From a virus, in IMG/VR virus record IMGVR_UViG_3300022804_000001: a stretch of DNA of 64,000 nucleotides, one strand, 5' to 3'. Below, piece after piece: positions 31,467 through 40,930 of the stretch; the stretch's first letter is position 1, and every line of letters begins with the position of its first letter. The notes beneath the pieces are model-generated. The model did no database searches. It was not told the origin of the DNA and saw nothing but the letters and a program-made list of their open reading frames with translations. The position numbers and the translations under genes were made by a program.

Positions 31467-31921
31467 TACTGTTCCTCCCAGTTCGGTCTGCTTGTTTTGC
31501 GTTGTGAGATAGGTGTGCAAGCCGTTATATCTTTGGTGTCTGTCGAAATCTCTATCATACGCGTTGCACCTCTTGAACAAATAATAAATTTTCCAACGAA
31601 TTCGGTATCGTGTGGCACATTAGGCAATCGTAGATGTAATTTACCTGTGTGTTCTCCATCATTTGGGTTTGGGTGTGTTGGTTCAAACCGTACCAGTGGT
31701 ATGTCTGTTGTAAGTTCATTTTCCTCTAAAGATGCGTCTTGTTCAGTGCGGTACCACTCTAACAAAAAAGCAAAAGCAGGCGGATCTCCGGGTGTATAAG
31801 TAAAGTTGCAAATGACTCTTGCGTTTGGTGCGCCGACGATTTCATCTTTTATATCCAATGTGGGTAGTTCATTCACATGGTCTTTGACTTGTGCGTATGC
31901 AACAAAACGTATCTTTGACAT
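31466..31921 (-). CDS. hypothetical protein
   Basis: 151-aa ATG ORF. Confidence 0.6.
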   Translation of the reverse strand: MSKIRFVAYAQVKDHVNELPTLDIKDEIVGAPNARVICNFTYTPGDPPAFAFLLEWYRTEQDASLEENELTTDIPLVRFEPTHPNPNDGEHTGKLHLRLPNVPHDTEFVGKFIICSRGATRMIEISTDTKDITACTPISQRKTSRPNWEEQ

Positions 31922-31932
31922 ATTTCACACTT

Positions 31933-32874
31933 TCAGAAACATGATTCATAAAATGGCAAATTCTCTTCACAATAGTTTAGTGAGACTTTAGGAAACCACT
32001 CCGAAAGTAGTTCATAAAGTAACGGATCCTTCTCGGCAAATTCTTCATACGACTTATACTGTTGGGTTGTGAAGTCATCTCCAATATCGAAAAACCATGT
32101 CGCAAGTCCTTCTGCAAAATACTCCCAGTAAGCACCATGAAGTCTATTTGCTGCTTCAAAGGCAACCTCTACCTTCTCCAAGAATCCTGGTTGTAAACGC
32201 TCTATCTCCACATCTAATACGTGCGCTAATTCGTGAACAAATATCCATAACCTGTCTGATCTATAATTTCTGCCTTTCAAACGAGCCCTGCAATAACCAT
32301 TTATTCCAGGTGCGTTAAGATTGTGTGATACGTCACAACCGCTGGAGAACCATAGGTTGACGACCTCTGGGACATCCCATCCAGTTATAAAGTTTTTGAC
32401 AAGAATCATGTAAAATCCCTGTTCCATTCGTAGACGATTTCGAAGTTCAGGATGTTTTGATGTTATTGTCAAAATAGCCTCTCTGGCTTTAATAACAAGC
32501 AAATCTTCTACTTCTTCATGGGATACAATAGCTATACCATCAGCATCAATATATTTCGTATAGAACGCTTTCTGCAGCGTAAGCAGATCAGACTCCTCTA
32601 ATTCCTCTATCGGAACACCTGGAAATTTACGTTCTAAATTTTGTTTGAAAGTTTCATCAGCCCCTTCTGTAAAATACACACCTCGCCATGCTCTTATTCT
32701 GTCTTCTCTACCTGGTCCCATCGCTATTTCAAACACTTCATTTGGAGGCACAGTAACAGTAGGTGCACCAATAGATTCTAAACTCACAACCTGCACTGGG
32801 TCTAATGGAAGCTCATCACATCCCCAAATGCATAAAACTAAGCAAATAATCAGTAAATAACTTCTGACCTTCAT
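31933..32874 (-). CDS. exported HExxH zinc metallopeptidase (gluzincin / lethal-factor-like motif spacing), possible lipoprotein
   Basis: 313 aa, GGAG RBS. Signal peptide with Cys (LVLCIWGC). FVHELAHVLD followed ~30 aa later by YFAEGLATWF, which resembles the HExxH...E-FFAE arrangement of the ATLF/M34-like family. Confidence 0.6.
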   Translation of the reverse strand: MKVRSYLLIICLVLCIWGCDELPLDPVQVVSLESIGAPTVTVPPNEVFEIAMGPGREDRIRAWRGVYFTEGADETFKQNLERKFPGVPIEELEESDLLTLQKAFYTKYIDADGIAIVSHEEVEDLLVIKAREAILTITSKHPELRNRLRMEQGFYMILVKNFITGWDVPEVVNLWFSSGCDVSHNLNAPGINGYCRARLKGRNYRSDRLWIFVHELAHVLDVEIERLQPGFLEKVEVAFEAANRLHGAYWEYFAEGLATWFFDIGDDFTTQQYKSYEEFAEKDPLLYELLSEWFPKVSLNYCEENLPFYESCF

Positions 32875-32899
32875 TGAACGAATTCTCCTTTATAGTGTT

Positions 32900-32928
32900 T
32901 TGACATCTTTTACTTTTTTACATATAAT
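32900..32928 (+). promoter_or_regulatory. consensus sigma70 promoter TTGACA-17-TATAAT
   Basis: TTGACA at 32900-32905, exactly 17-nt spacer, TATAAT at 32923-32928. It lies 28 nt upstream of the ATG at 32957 (GAGG RBS). Confidence 0.8.
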
Positions 32929-32956
32929 ATTCTAAACCCTGAGTTGAGGTTATCAG

Positions 32957-33955
32957 ATGCGTAAGAATTCGCAACCTTTTCCTGATGGGCGTGTATCGTC
33001 TAAAAGTTTGATTGATCCGATCTATAAAGTGTTCTGGAACTTACCGACACTTGAAGAACCCCCTCCTACACCTGACAATCCGAGTTCAAATGTTATTGCG
33101 TTGAGTATTTTGTTCACGGATGCGTATAAACGCGTTGCGAACCTTGAGGCTTGGGTTCGTGGTGTTATTTATTCTCGTTGGTCAGCGTTGAAGTATACGG
33201 ATGCTGTATCCGAAAATGTTGCGGTCAAGCTCTATATTGAGGACATACTCAGACCCTCCCTTGAATCAACACTCATATCTAACTTTGTTGATCCTGACAA
33301 AGACGTATTGTGGTTTAGTGCGCCTCCTCTTGAAAGAAGTGATGATGGTTTCTGGGGTCATTTAGGCAAACAGATGTGTCCATATTGGGATACCCAGTTA
33401 GCCGATTATGATCGTATTCTTGTATGGGACGCGGATACGTTTTTCTTGCCCCGTCCACACACCATGTTTACAAAACTAAAAAGTCTTGAATCTGCTATGA
33501 TCGGTTATATTTTTGCGATAACAATGCCTTGGAAAGACTTCTACTATACATTCAAACACAAACTACGCAAGGATACCCGAAAAAGTGGTATTGAAATTGA
33601 AGAGTTGCTTGCTATGTCAGATATTGTATTTGACGAGTTCCCGGAGACCATCCAAAAACCGTTTGGCTCTATGTGGTCTTATCCGCCTAAACATTACCAT
33701 ACACACCATCAAGATTTTGTCCAGTGGATGCAGACGTACGCCCCTTACTATGGCAACGACGAGCTGGCTGCGGTTTGTTGGTCACACAAGTTTGGGATAA
33801 ACATCAAATCCCTTGATATTCTGTTAGATCTAAGAATGTATGATACACCTTCGTTTTTGACAAGTCCTGACACACACACCCAAAAAAATGTTTTACATGG
33901 ATTACCTTCAGTATCTCGGGAAGAAGTTTTCCGTGAAACACTGAAGATAATGTAG
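32957..33955 (+). CDS. GT-A-like glycosyltransferase paralogue (DxD), opposite strand
   Basis: 332 aa. ILVWDADTFFL (DxD). Shares the KLY(I/V)E and LGK boxes with 36476-37495 and 38072-39043. Confidence 0.55.
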   Translation: MRKNSQPFPDGRVSSKSLIDPIYKVFWNLPTLEEPPPTPDNPSSNVIALSILFTDAYKRVANLEAWVRGVIYSRWSALKYTDAVSENVAVKLYIEDILRPSLESTLISNFVDPDKDVLWFSAPPLERSDDGFWGHLGKQMCPYWDTQLADYDRILVWDADTFFLPRPHTMFTKLKSLESAMIGYIFAITMPWKDFYYTFKHKLRKDTRKSGIEIEELLAMSDIVFDEFPETIQKPFGSMWSYPPKHYHTHHQDFVQWMQTYAPYYGNDELAAVCWSHKFGINIKSLDILLDLRMYDTPSFLTSPDTHTQKNVLHGLPSVSREEVFRETLKIM

Positions 33956-33961
33956 GGATTT

Positions 33962-34411
33962 CTATGGATCTGTCAATGTGCCTTGTTGTATTGCGACCAA
34001 ACCGTAGATATTTGTTCCGTGTGCAACATTCGGTGTTCTACCATCAATTTCACCTTCTAACCAACCTGTTGGCGTTTCAGAGTCTTCAGATCGAGTTGCA
34101 TCTTGCGATCCCCTTGTAAATCCGTTATGGGAAAGACCTACACCTGACGGTGTATTTGATTCAGAAGCCTGATTTGGTATAGCCGGAATGTTGCCGTCTG
34201 CTGCCTCTGCTTCAATGAGTGCAGCTGCAGCATCTCTTGCTTCCGGTGTGCTAAAAAAGAAGACCTCTATGGAATCCGCTGCGGGACCGACCCCAGGATC
34301 ATACCGAATCCTTTTTGTGAATGCCGTTTCAGCACCGTGTGATTGATAACTGTCATTAGAATAGACCTCTATATCAGCGGGGATACTATCTGCTATTCGG
34401 AGTGTAAACAT
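33962..34411 (-). CDS. hypothetical protein
   Basis: The ATG at 34411 lies 1 nt after the upstream stop. An alternative GTG at 34429 lies 9 nt after AAGGAG. The C-terminal half is Ser/Thr/Gly-rich. Confidence 0.5.
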   Translation of the reverse strand: MFTLRIADSIPADIEVYSNDSYQSHGAETAFTKRIRYDPGVGPAADSIEVFFFSTPEARDAAAALIEAEAADGNIPAIPNQASESNTPSGVGLSHNGFTRGSQDATRSEDSETPTGWLEGEIDGRTPNVAHGTNIYGLVAIQQGTLTDP

Positions 34412-34412
34412 G

Positions 34413-34883
34413 TCAGTTGCATTTGGCACTATTTTCTTCTCCTTCCTTGTTTGTGTAATAAGCACAAGCAATTGCGCGCCTATTTTCGTTTTTGTGGTTT
34501 ACGTCAAGCATGGTATAAGCTTGTTCCATTTTTAAAATTGTTTTTTCATCTGCTAATGCTTTATTGAGTAAATAACACAGCGTTGGTTCAGTGATAAGTT
34601 TATCCAAAATATCTATGCGTGTGTAAGTATCGAGTAGTTTTTCTATCTCAAGCGGTCTTGGTTTTCTACTTTTGTATAATCCGCAGACAACCGCCAATAC
34701 TTCCTTGTTATCGTAAGTTACCTCGACGACATGACCTTCGCGACGCGTTTGTTGAAGTTGTTCTTCTGACAAATCAGGATTCAGCACAAAGCAGAGCAGT
34801 GGTTCATCTTCTGCAAGCATATCCTGAATTTTCTCTTGATCATCTGTTACTTCAAATATAAAACCATCCATAACTGTTGTCAT
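34413..34883 (-). CDS. hypothetical protein
   Basis: 156-aa ATG ORF with GAGGA RBS. Confidence 0.6.
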   Translation of the reverse strand: MTTVMDGFIFEVTDDQEKIQDMLAEDEPLLCFVLNPDLSEEQLQQTRREGHVVEVTYDNKEVLAVVCGLYKSRKPRPLEIEKLLDTYTRIDILDKLITEPTLCYLLNKALADEKTILKMEQAYTMLDVNHKNENRRAIACAYYTNKEGEENSAKCN

Positions 34884-35001
34884 CAGTAAATCCTCATTGT
34901 AAAGATCGCTGTCCGGTTTGGCATAGCGATCATAGCTTCCGCTACAGAATAAAACGGTATGATCACGGCATATATATTTCTGAATTTTCGTTTTTTGATT
35001 C

Positions 35002-35436
35002 TCACTTATGCATTCCTAAGACGACGAGTCCGTGTTGAGCCCTTACATCTGTTAATGCGTCAAAGATAGAAGCGTTGACTTTATTGTTTTCCAGGACATT
35101 AGTGAGTAGTTCTTTACTTACGAGAAATGGTGTATCTTTAACGAATTCATCAAGGTATGGATATGTGCTTTCAGGCAGATGGTACAATGCTCCTCCATCG
35201 AGGTCTATGTTATAGACGGGTGTTCCAGCTTCATCTATGTTGTTAATATCAAACAACACGACGGGTACGTTTGGTTTTATTGCGAGATGAAAATCTATAA
35301 AAGCGTTGATTTTCAGTGTAATATCAGTTGGATCTTCATCTTTCATCTCCGCAGGTGCGATGACAGCGAATTCAGTTTTATGTCTTTCAGAAGCACAAAC
35401 AGCCATATCGAATCTTGAAATTCTATCATTTTTCAT
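35002..35436 (-). CDS. hypothetical protein
   Basis: 144-aa ORF with an ATGA overlap to the upstream glycosyltransferase. Confidence 0.6.
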   Translation of the reverse strand: MKNDRISRFDMAVCASERHKTEFAVIAPAEMKDEDPTDITLKINAFIDFHLAIKPNVPVVLFDINNIDEAGTPVYNIDLDGGALYHLPESTYPYLDEFVKDTPFLVSKELLTNVLENNKVNASIFDALTDVRAQHGLVVLGMHK

Positions 35437-36476
35437 AGGATACTCCTGATGAAGTTGTTGAGTTGTTCTTGTGTAGCTTTGTAAGAGAAGTGTTCTTCAG
35501 CATATTTTCGTGCTTTGACCCCGAGTTCTTTGTCAGGGAGTTGTGTAAAATCCGCAGTCAGTTCTGCGAGAGCATCAATACACTCCTTTATATCAACAAA
35601 GCGAGCCGTCGTAGGTTGCTCATCATAGCATCGATGTTTGCCACAGACGCGTGGTTTACCACTTGAGAGAAGTTCCATCCCGAACCGATTGCAAGTTTCA
35701 TACTTCGGGTTCAACACACCGACCGCTGCCTTTCCGATTGTAGATGCGACCTTTGCTTGTGGCACTTGCCCATAAAACAGTTCAGTGTGTTTCTTGAGTT
35801 CGTGTTGAAGCCGTAAATCAGGTGGATTGAAATCTCCCCATCCGCCGGCACTTCCGACATAAGCGGTTTTATATTGTTTTTTATATTGCTTAAGTTCTTC
35901 AAATAACCGAATAAAGAACTCGGTTTGTTTCGCGTAGCTAATCGTCCCACCCGCAACGATAATTTTCTCCGTGTTCTCACTGGGTCTAAAGAGGTCGGTA
36001 TTTATCGGCTCATATAACACACCCAACACGGGCAGGTCAAAGTCTCTGAAATAATCTGCCTGCCATTCGCAGTTAGCGATCCATGCAGTAACTATTGTCT
36101 TGAGGCGATTGAGTTCATTTCCTGTCCAGCGAAAGATTTCCGAGTCACTGCCGTAGACAATCTTCGGTGCTGGATATGCCTCTAATTCCGAAACACGTTC
36201 CTCAAATCGTTCACGCGGGTTCAACAATCCCATTAGCTCAATCATAATCAAGTCATATTGCTTGATGGTATTAGCATCCTGCTGAGAACGCTCCTGCGGT
36301 GGTAGCCAAGTCTTTTCAATAGGGACTTCTGCAGCAGCAGTTGGCAGGCGATCTGCTACAGTAACGTCGTGCATATCCCATGCCTCTTGCATGCTGATAG
36401 TTTTCGTTCCCATTCCCCCAGCATTGCGATTTCTATTAAGAAAGTCAGTTCGAGTATAATAAAGTATATTTGCCAT
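35433..36476 (-). CDS. GT-B fold glycosyltransferase (GT4-like)
   Basis: 347 aa. The C-terminal half has ...IVAGGTISYAKQTEFFIRLFEEL...AYVGSAGGWG... and ETCNRFGMELLSSGKPRV, resembling the E-x7-E / G-x-P-V region of GT1/GT4 enzymes. Confidence 0.6.
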   Translation of the reverse strand: MANILYYTRTDFLNRNRNAGGMGTKTISMQEAWDMHDVTVADRLPTAAAEVPIEKTWLPPQERSQQDANTIKQYDLIMIELMGLLNPRERFEERVSELEAYPAPKIVYGSDSEIFRWTGNELNRLKTIVTAWIANCEWQADYFRDFDLPVLGVLYEPINTDLFRPSENTEKIIVAGGTISYAKQTEFFIRLFEELKQYKKQYKTAYVGSAGGWGDFNPPDLRLQHELKKHTELFYGQVPQAKVASTIGKAAVGVLNPKYETCNRFGMELLSSGKPRVCGKHRCYDEQPTTARFVDIKECIDALAELTADFTQLPDKELGVKARKYAEEHFSYKATQEQLNNFIRSIL

Positions 36477-37495
36477 TAGAAATTCCTTGTTAAATCTACA
36501 TAAAGTTTCGACATATACTCATCTGTTCTATCTTGTTCTCCAGCAAATACATGGACATGTGAGAAAAACGGATTAGTGCTGCCATGCAAATAATGACCTA
36601 TGACTGCATTCTGGTCAAAATACTGCCGAACACTCATTTTATTTTCAATCGAAAATGGTCTTTGATGAACATCAGGATACATATAATAGTAAGAAATAAA
36701 CAAGTTTTCATCTTGTCCACTCCTCTTGTAAAATGCCATTAAAAACTCATGTAAGTCGGGGTCGGATAAATTATACAATGTTAGACTGCTGTTGATATGA
36801 TATAATTCTTGAGGTCGGTTTACGGATGGATGTCCTGCTTTCTTCATAATTTCGGTCATTTGCGTCTTGAACGGCTCTGTTCTATCAAAATCATCAATAC
36901 CTAATCCTGTTGAGAGAATATGTATAATAGCATAAAAATCTACCGGTGCAGGGTCATTTGCTGTCCAAAAAGCGACAGTCTCAAAATCTAACAACTTGAT
37001 CTGTTCATAAAGATTTACAGGTTGATTAGGAACTGAGAGATACATATCACTATCAAGAAGCATTATAGTCTGATGATCCATCAAACGCTCGTCAAAAAGT
37101 GGTGATAACTTCCAACCAAGCGGTGCAGTATTGAGATCAAATTGATTTTCCCACCCATTTGTATCGAATAACATTCTGTGACGACCGCAAACATCAAAAT
37201 AATCAAACACAGCACTACTGAGTACTTCAACAGATTTTTGCACGTAAAAATAAATAGGTATACGCCTCGCTAAAAAATCTGAATTCCTTAATAAACACGC
37301 TGCTGCCCAAACTGCTGAATGACAATGTAATTGAAATTCCGTTGAGGAAAAAGGTGCAGATAAAGTGTTTCGCTCATCCTTAAATAACGGTATGACAACT
37401 ACTAAATCACTGTCGTAATCAGGTTCGTATTTGGGGAAATTGAATATAGGTAATTTCTCAATATAAGGTTTGTCAAATTTAGGAGTATCCGCCAT
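36476..37495 (-). CDS. GT-A-like glycosyltransferase paralogue (DxD)
   Basis: 339 aa. VVVIPLFKDE, IYFYVQ, LGWK and LLDSDMYL boxes are collinear with 38072-39043 and 32957-33955. Confidence 0.55.
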   Translation of the reverse strand: MADTPKFDKPYIEKLPIFNFPKYEPDYDSDLVVVIPLFKDERNTLSAPFSSTEFQLHCHSAVWAAACLLRNSDFLARRIPIYFYVQKSVEVLSSAVFDYFDVCGRHRMLFDTNGWENQFDLNTAPLGWKLSPLFDERLMDHQTIMLLDSDMYLSVPNQPVNLYEQIKLLDFETVAFWTANDPAPVDFYAIIHILSTGLGIDDFDRTEPFKTQMTEIMKKAGHPSVNRPQELYHINSSLTLYNLSDPDLHEFLMAFYKRSGQDENLFISYYYMYPDVHQRPFSIENKMSVRQYFDQNAVIGHYLHGSTNPFFSHVHVFAGEQDRTDEYMSKLYVDLTRNF

Positions 37496-38075
37496 TTTCT
37501 CTCACCTTGAAAATAATATTACTGTGGTCGCGTCTTCGAATCGCTTCCATTGAAGGATTACCTCTGTAGATTTGGATTTTTGTGTCATTAAATAATTCTA
37601 CACGTTGATCTATTTCTACATCAGGGACATCTTCAACAACTATCGCTGCATGTCTCTCATGCATAAACTGTTGATAATGCTTCCAAAAGAAATGTTGATC
37701 TTCTACATTATGTGAACCATCATCGATCAACAAATCAAAAGGTGCGAACGGATTGATATGATCTAAAACTTCTGGAACATAAGCATCTGAATGTATAAAA
37801 GCCATGCCTGTTGGAAGATCCGTATCTAACGGCTCGCGATCTACACCGACATATCTATTAATGTAAGTCATTTTCGCAAAAGCATGATAACTCGCTTCAA
37901 CACCCATATTGCTGACACCGACTTCAAGCACTTTTAACGGGCGCTGAATCCGACAAAGCAGTAAAGCAAAGATCATATCGTAAAACTCGTCATACCGATG
38001 ACTATGCATTTTATCAGTGTTGCTATCTGTCCGTAAATACGCTGTTGCAGGTTTAATAATGAATTCTTGTATCAA
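37479..38075 (-). CDS. class I SAM-dependent methyltransferase
   Basis: 198 aa. LKVLEVGVSNMG (motif I), YVGVD (post-I) and FDLLIDDGSH (CmcI / O-methyltransferase-like motif). Confidence 0.65.
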   Translation of the reverse strand: MIQEFIIKPATAYLRTDSNTDKMHSHRYDEFYDMIFALLLCRIQRPLKVLEVGVSNMGVEASYHAFAKMTYINRYVGVDREPLDTDLPTGMAFIHSDAYVPEVLDHINPFAPFDLLIDDGSHNVEDQHFFWKHYQQFMHERHAAIVVEDVPDVEIDQRVELFNDTKIQIYRGNPSMEAIRRRDHSNIIFKVRENGGYS

Positions 38076-39043
38076 AGATGAACCCCCATATCATGTTCTA
38101 AAATTTCTTTGTGATCTTGAACTGAAATATTCGCCATATGAAGTAAATATGGATCTGTCCCCTCATGCAGACTTGATAACGTATCAGAATGTGCCAAATT
38201 AAAATCAAAATTTTTCGAAATATCAAAAACTTCTTTTTTCTTCTGATGCCACATCGAAATAACACATTCATCGTCTTGCATAAGCCTGCCTGCACGGATA
38301 AGCCAATCTAAATCTTCTGATCGATGATGATGCAAATTTCTGATCGGATACGCTGTGAAAAATCCGCCACAAGTAATAAAGTCTCCAATGCCAGAATTTA
38401 TGTAAGGGGCAAGTTCCGCCTCACTTAAAAGTTCATTCGCTCGTTTTTCCCATTCCAAAATACATTCCCCCGGCGTAGAATTTAAAAGCAAACCGCCATA
38501 CCAATGTCCTTTAGAAATTACATCCTGCAAATCAGATGTCGATAATCCATAACAACCAATTGAGTTTTGCGAAAACATGTCAATTTTCTCAAAAAACCTT
38601 AGCTGCGTCCGCCGCGGCGAAGCAATACATAAGTCTGCATCACATGAAAATACCCAACTATAATCGTAAAAATATGAATCGCTTAACATCGAGAAACTCT
38701 TACCAAGATGAGTGACAGGATCACCTCGCAACTTCTCAGAATTCATGACAATTACATCCGATGAGATATCAACACTGTTCTTCTCAAGTAAAGACGAAAT
38801 ACGGTCTAATATCTCATTCTCTACATAGAGTTTTATGCTAATATCATGCACACGCGCATCACTAAATAAAATCCATGACCGCAGTGAATAACACGCTAAT
38901 TGTAGCATATTTTCCGACGGCACATAATGCGCGTTACCTTCCCTACCAAAAAGCGGTATAACCACGATGGCATCTTTGCTTTTACCGGGATAAGATTCTA
39001 TATCACGGCTAAGATGAGGAAATTGTGCTGCAAGATTATCCAT
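38072..39043 (-). CDS. GT-A-like glycosyltransferase paralogue (DxD)
   Basis: 323 aa. IVVIPLFGREGN, IKLYVEN, HLGKSF and SCDADLCI. Confidence 0.55.
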   Translation of the reverse strand: MDNLAAQFPHLSRDIESYPGKSKDAIVVIPLFGREGNAHYVPSENMLQLACYSLRSWILFSDARVHDISIKLYVENEILDRISSLLEKNSVDISSDVIVMNSEKLRGDPVTHLGKSFSMLSDSYFYDYSWVFSCDADLCIASPRRTQLRFFEKIDMFSQNSIGCYGLSTSDLQDVISKGHWYGGLLLNSTPGECILEWEKRANELLSEAELAPYINSGIGDFITCGGFFTAYPIRNLHHHRSEDLDWLIRAGRLMQDDECVISMWHQKKKEVFDISKNFDFNLAHSDTLSSLHEGTDPYLLHMANISVQDHKEILEHDMGVHL

Positions 39044-39752
39044 CTTGATCCACCAATATTCTGTCTTGATCTTTTACCCATTGGTCATGTCCAAACCATC
39101 TTGTATCAATACTTTTGATAGCGTAAGAAGTATCCCAAATAGAGTAAGTGCCAGGAACATCGACCATTTCACCGATCATCACCTCAAATGAACCGTTTGG
39201 ATTATTCTTGAAAGTTTCACGCAAGAACTTCGCACCTTCCCGGCTCATCAACAACCCTGAGTCTCCTGTGCCGAGTACCCCTTTACAGATTTTGGAAGTC
39301 GGTATCACAGGCACTTTCGGACGCGCCATTTCACCAAATGCCGGTGTATACCAAGACAACTGCAAGAACAGGAATGGATCGCTAAACGCGTTCGTTAGAA
39401 AATGACAGCACTCCTCAAGTTCTGGATATGTCAACAATAAAAGTTTGTCGTCCTGATTGTAGTATCCGTAAGCGTATTTCTCATCTGCTGCGATTGCTTC
39501 CATGATGCGATTTGTTCCCCACAGATAGCCGAGCGTGCCACGACCTACTTCCCGCAGTTTATCAAACTCTTCAAATCCGTCAGCAACCGCAGCATCGCAC
39601 ATCGCATCAGAAGACTCATACGATTTGCCATACTCAGCCTTATGAAATGTACAATGCTTATACGCATTATTGAGATGCGTTTCAAGATTACCAATGATGA
39701 TGTGTTTCCGATCTGTGCGGAAATCAAGATTGAGAAAGTGAAAGCCTATCAT
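39036..39752 (-). CDS. GT25-like glycosyltransferase (tentative)
   Basis: The ATG at 39752 overlaps the upstream stop (ATGA). MIGFHFLNLDFRTDRK..., GTLGYLWGTNRIMEAI and YNQDDKLL resemble the GT25 (Lic2B/LgtB-type) N-terminal pattern. Confidence 0.45.
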   Translation of the reverse strand: MIGFHFLNLDFRTDRKHIIIGNLETHLNNAYKHCTFHKAEYGKSYESSDAMCDAAVADGFEEFDKLREVGRGTLGYLWGTNRIMEAIAADEKYAYGYYNQDDKLLLLTYPELEECCHFLTNAFSDPFLFLQLSWYTPAFGEMARPKVPVIPTSKICKGVLGTGDSGLLMSREGAKFLRETFKNNPNGSFEVMIGEMVDVPGTYSIWDTSYAIKSIDTRWFGHDQWVKDQDRILVDQDG

Positions 39753-40057
39753 CAATCTGCTCCCGGATGGCACGTATGAAACGGTGTATCTGTCGAATGT
39801 TCCGCTAATACAACAGAAGGTGTCAAGTCTTCATCATTGTGTCCAGCAAAAGCATCAGGATAAAGTGATTCGACTTCACTCGGACAGTGTGCGAGATGTG
39901 GAATTACCAAACGGCAATCACCATCTATCTCCCAATACTCGTCCGCGGGTACATAACGCTGCTCTTTGAAAGACCACATCATTTTGCTATGATGCTTGAG
40001 AGGTGGCGTCTGAGGATCTTCTACTATATACTGAAATTTTAATTCCGGTTCACCCAT
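39752..40057 (-). CDS. hypothetical protein
   Basis: 101-aa ATG ORF, the first gene of the glycosylation operon. Confidence 0.55.
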   Translation of the reverse strand: MGEPELKFQYIVEDPQTPPLKHHSKMMWSFKEQRYVPADEYWEIDGDCRLVIPHLAHCPSEVESLYPDAFAGHNDEDLTPSVVLAEHSTDTPFHTCHPGAD

Positions 40058-40081
40058 CTTATTATCTCCTTATTTTAGATT

Positions 40082-40399
40082 TTAAATATCGTTATACCTA
40101 TCTCTCTTTCTTTTTTCACCAAGTTGATCTAATGCTTTTTCTGTCAGTTGATGATGATACCAGCCGAGTGGCAGATGAATCTCGTATCTGCCGTCGGTTT
40201 TAACCACTTCTAACTTATGGTGCTTGAGTCTCCTTTTGTTGCCATGCCAGATATGCCAGAAGTTACGCCAGTTCGTTGCACGAAAAATCGCGTATTTATA
40301 TATCCTGCGGACATATACCAGTTCGGGATACTCTCCACCAAGCGTTTTTACTTTTATCGTCACATTGGTCTGGTCTGGTTCAACTTCAAAAATGTTCAT
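40082..40399 (-). CDS. hypothetical basic protein
   Basis: Internal ATG at 40399 (MNIFEVEP...). The track start at 40483 is TTG and would cover a GC hairpin (40465-40482). No SD for either start. Confidence 0.4.
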   Translation of the reverse strand: MNIFEVEPDQTNVTIKVKTLGGEYPELVYVRRIYKYAIFRATNWRNFWHIWHGNKRRLKHHKLEVVKTDGRYEIHLPLGWYHHQLTEKALDQLGEKRKRDRYNDI

Positions 40400-40552
40400 T
40401 ATTTTATTGTAAAATACCAAACGATGATATATACTTAACAATGCATTGTTGGTGGGGAATTTCGGTTGCCTCGCACGAGGCAATCCCTACCATAACCGAC
40501 CGAAATCGGATAACAATGTATAATAACAGTGCGAACCTATAAGGAACACAAA

Positions 40553-40930
40553 ATGAAGTACTTTATCATTACACTCATGTTACTCAGTACCGTTCTATCA
40601 GCTCAGGCTGAACTGACACAAGACGATCTTGACAAAATTCAAAAGATTGTTGATGCCACTGAAACTCGGCTGAAAGAATACGTCAACATCAAAATTGACC
40701 CACTTGAAAAAAATATGAACAACCAATTTGAGCATGTTGACAAACGCATCACCGACACGAGAAATACGATATACGCGCTCATCGCTCTTATTATCGTTGC
40801 CATCGGTCTACCAGCTTGGCGTGACAGAAAAGACCGCAAATTTGAATCACAAATCGAAAAACAGATAGAAACCCTGACGGCTGAAATGGAGAACCTCAAA
40901 AACGAACGCATCCAATCTTCACAAGATTAG
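40553..40930 (+). CDS. exported/membrane coiled-coil protein, opposite strand
   Basis: ATG at 40553 after AAGGA. Signal peptide MKYFIITLMLLSTVLSAQA, an internal TM (IYALIALIIVAIGLPAW) and coiled-coil segments. Confidence 0.6.
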   Translation: MKYFIITLMLLSTVLSAQAELTQDDLDKIQKIVDATETRLKEYVNIKIDPLEKNMNNQFEHVDKRITDTRNTIYALIALIIVAIGLPAWRDRKDRKFESQIEKQIETLTAEMENLKNERIQSSQD

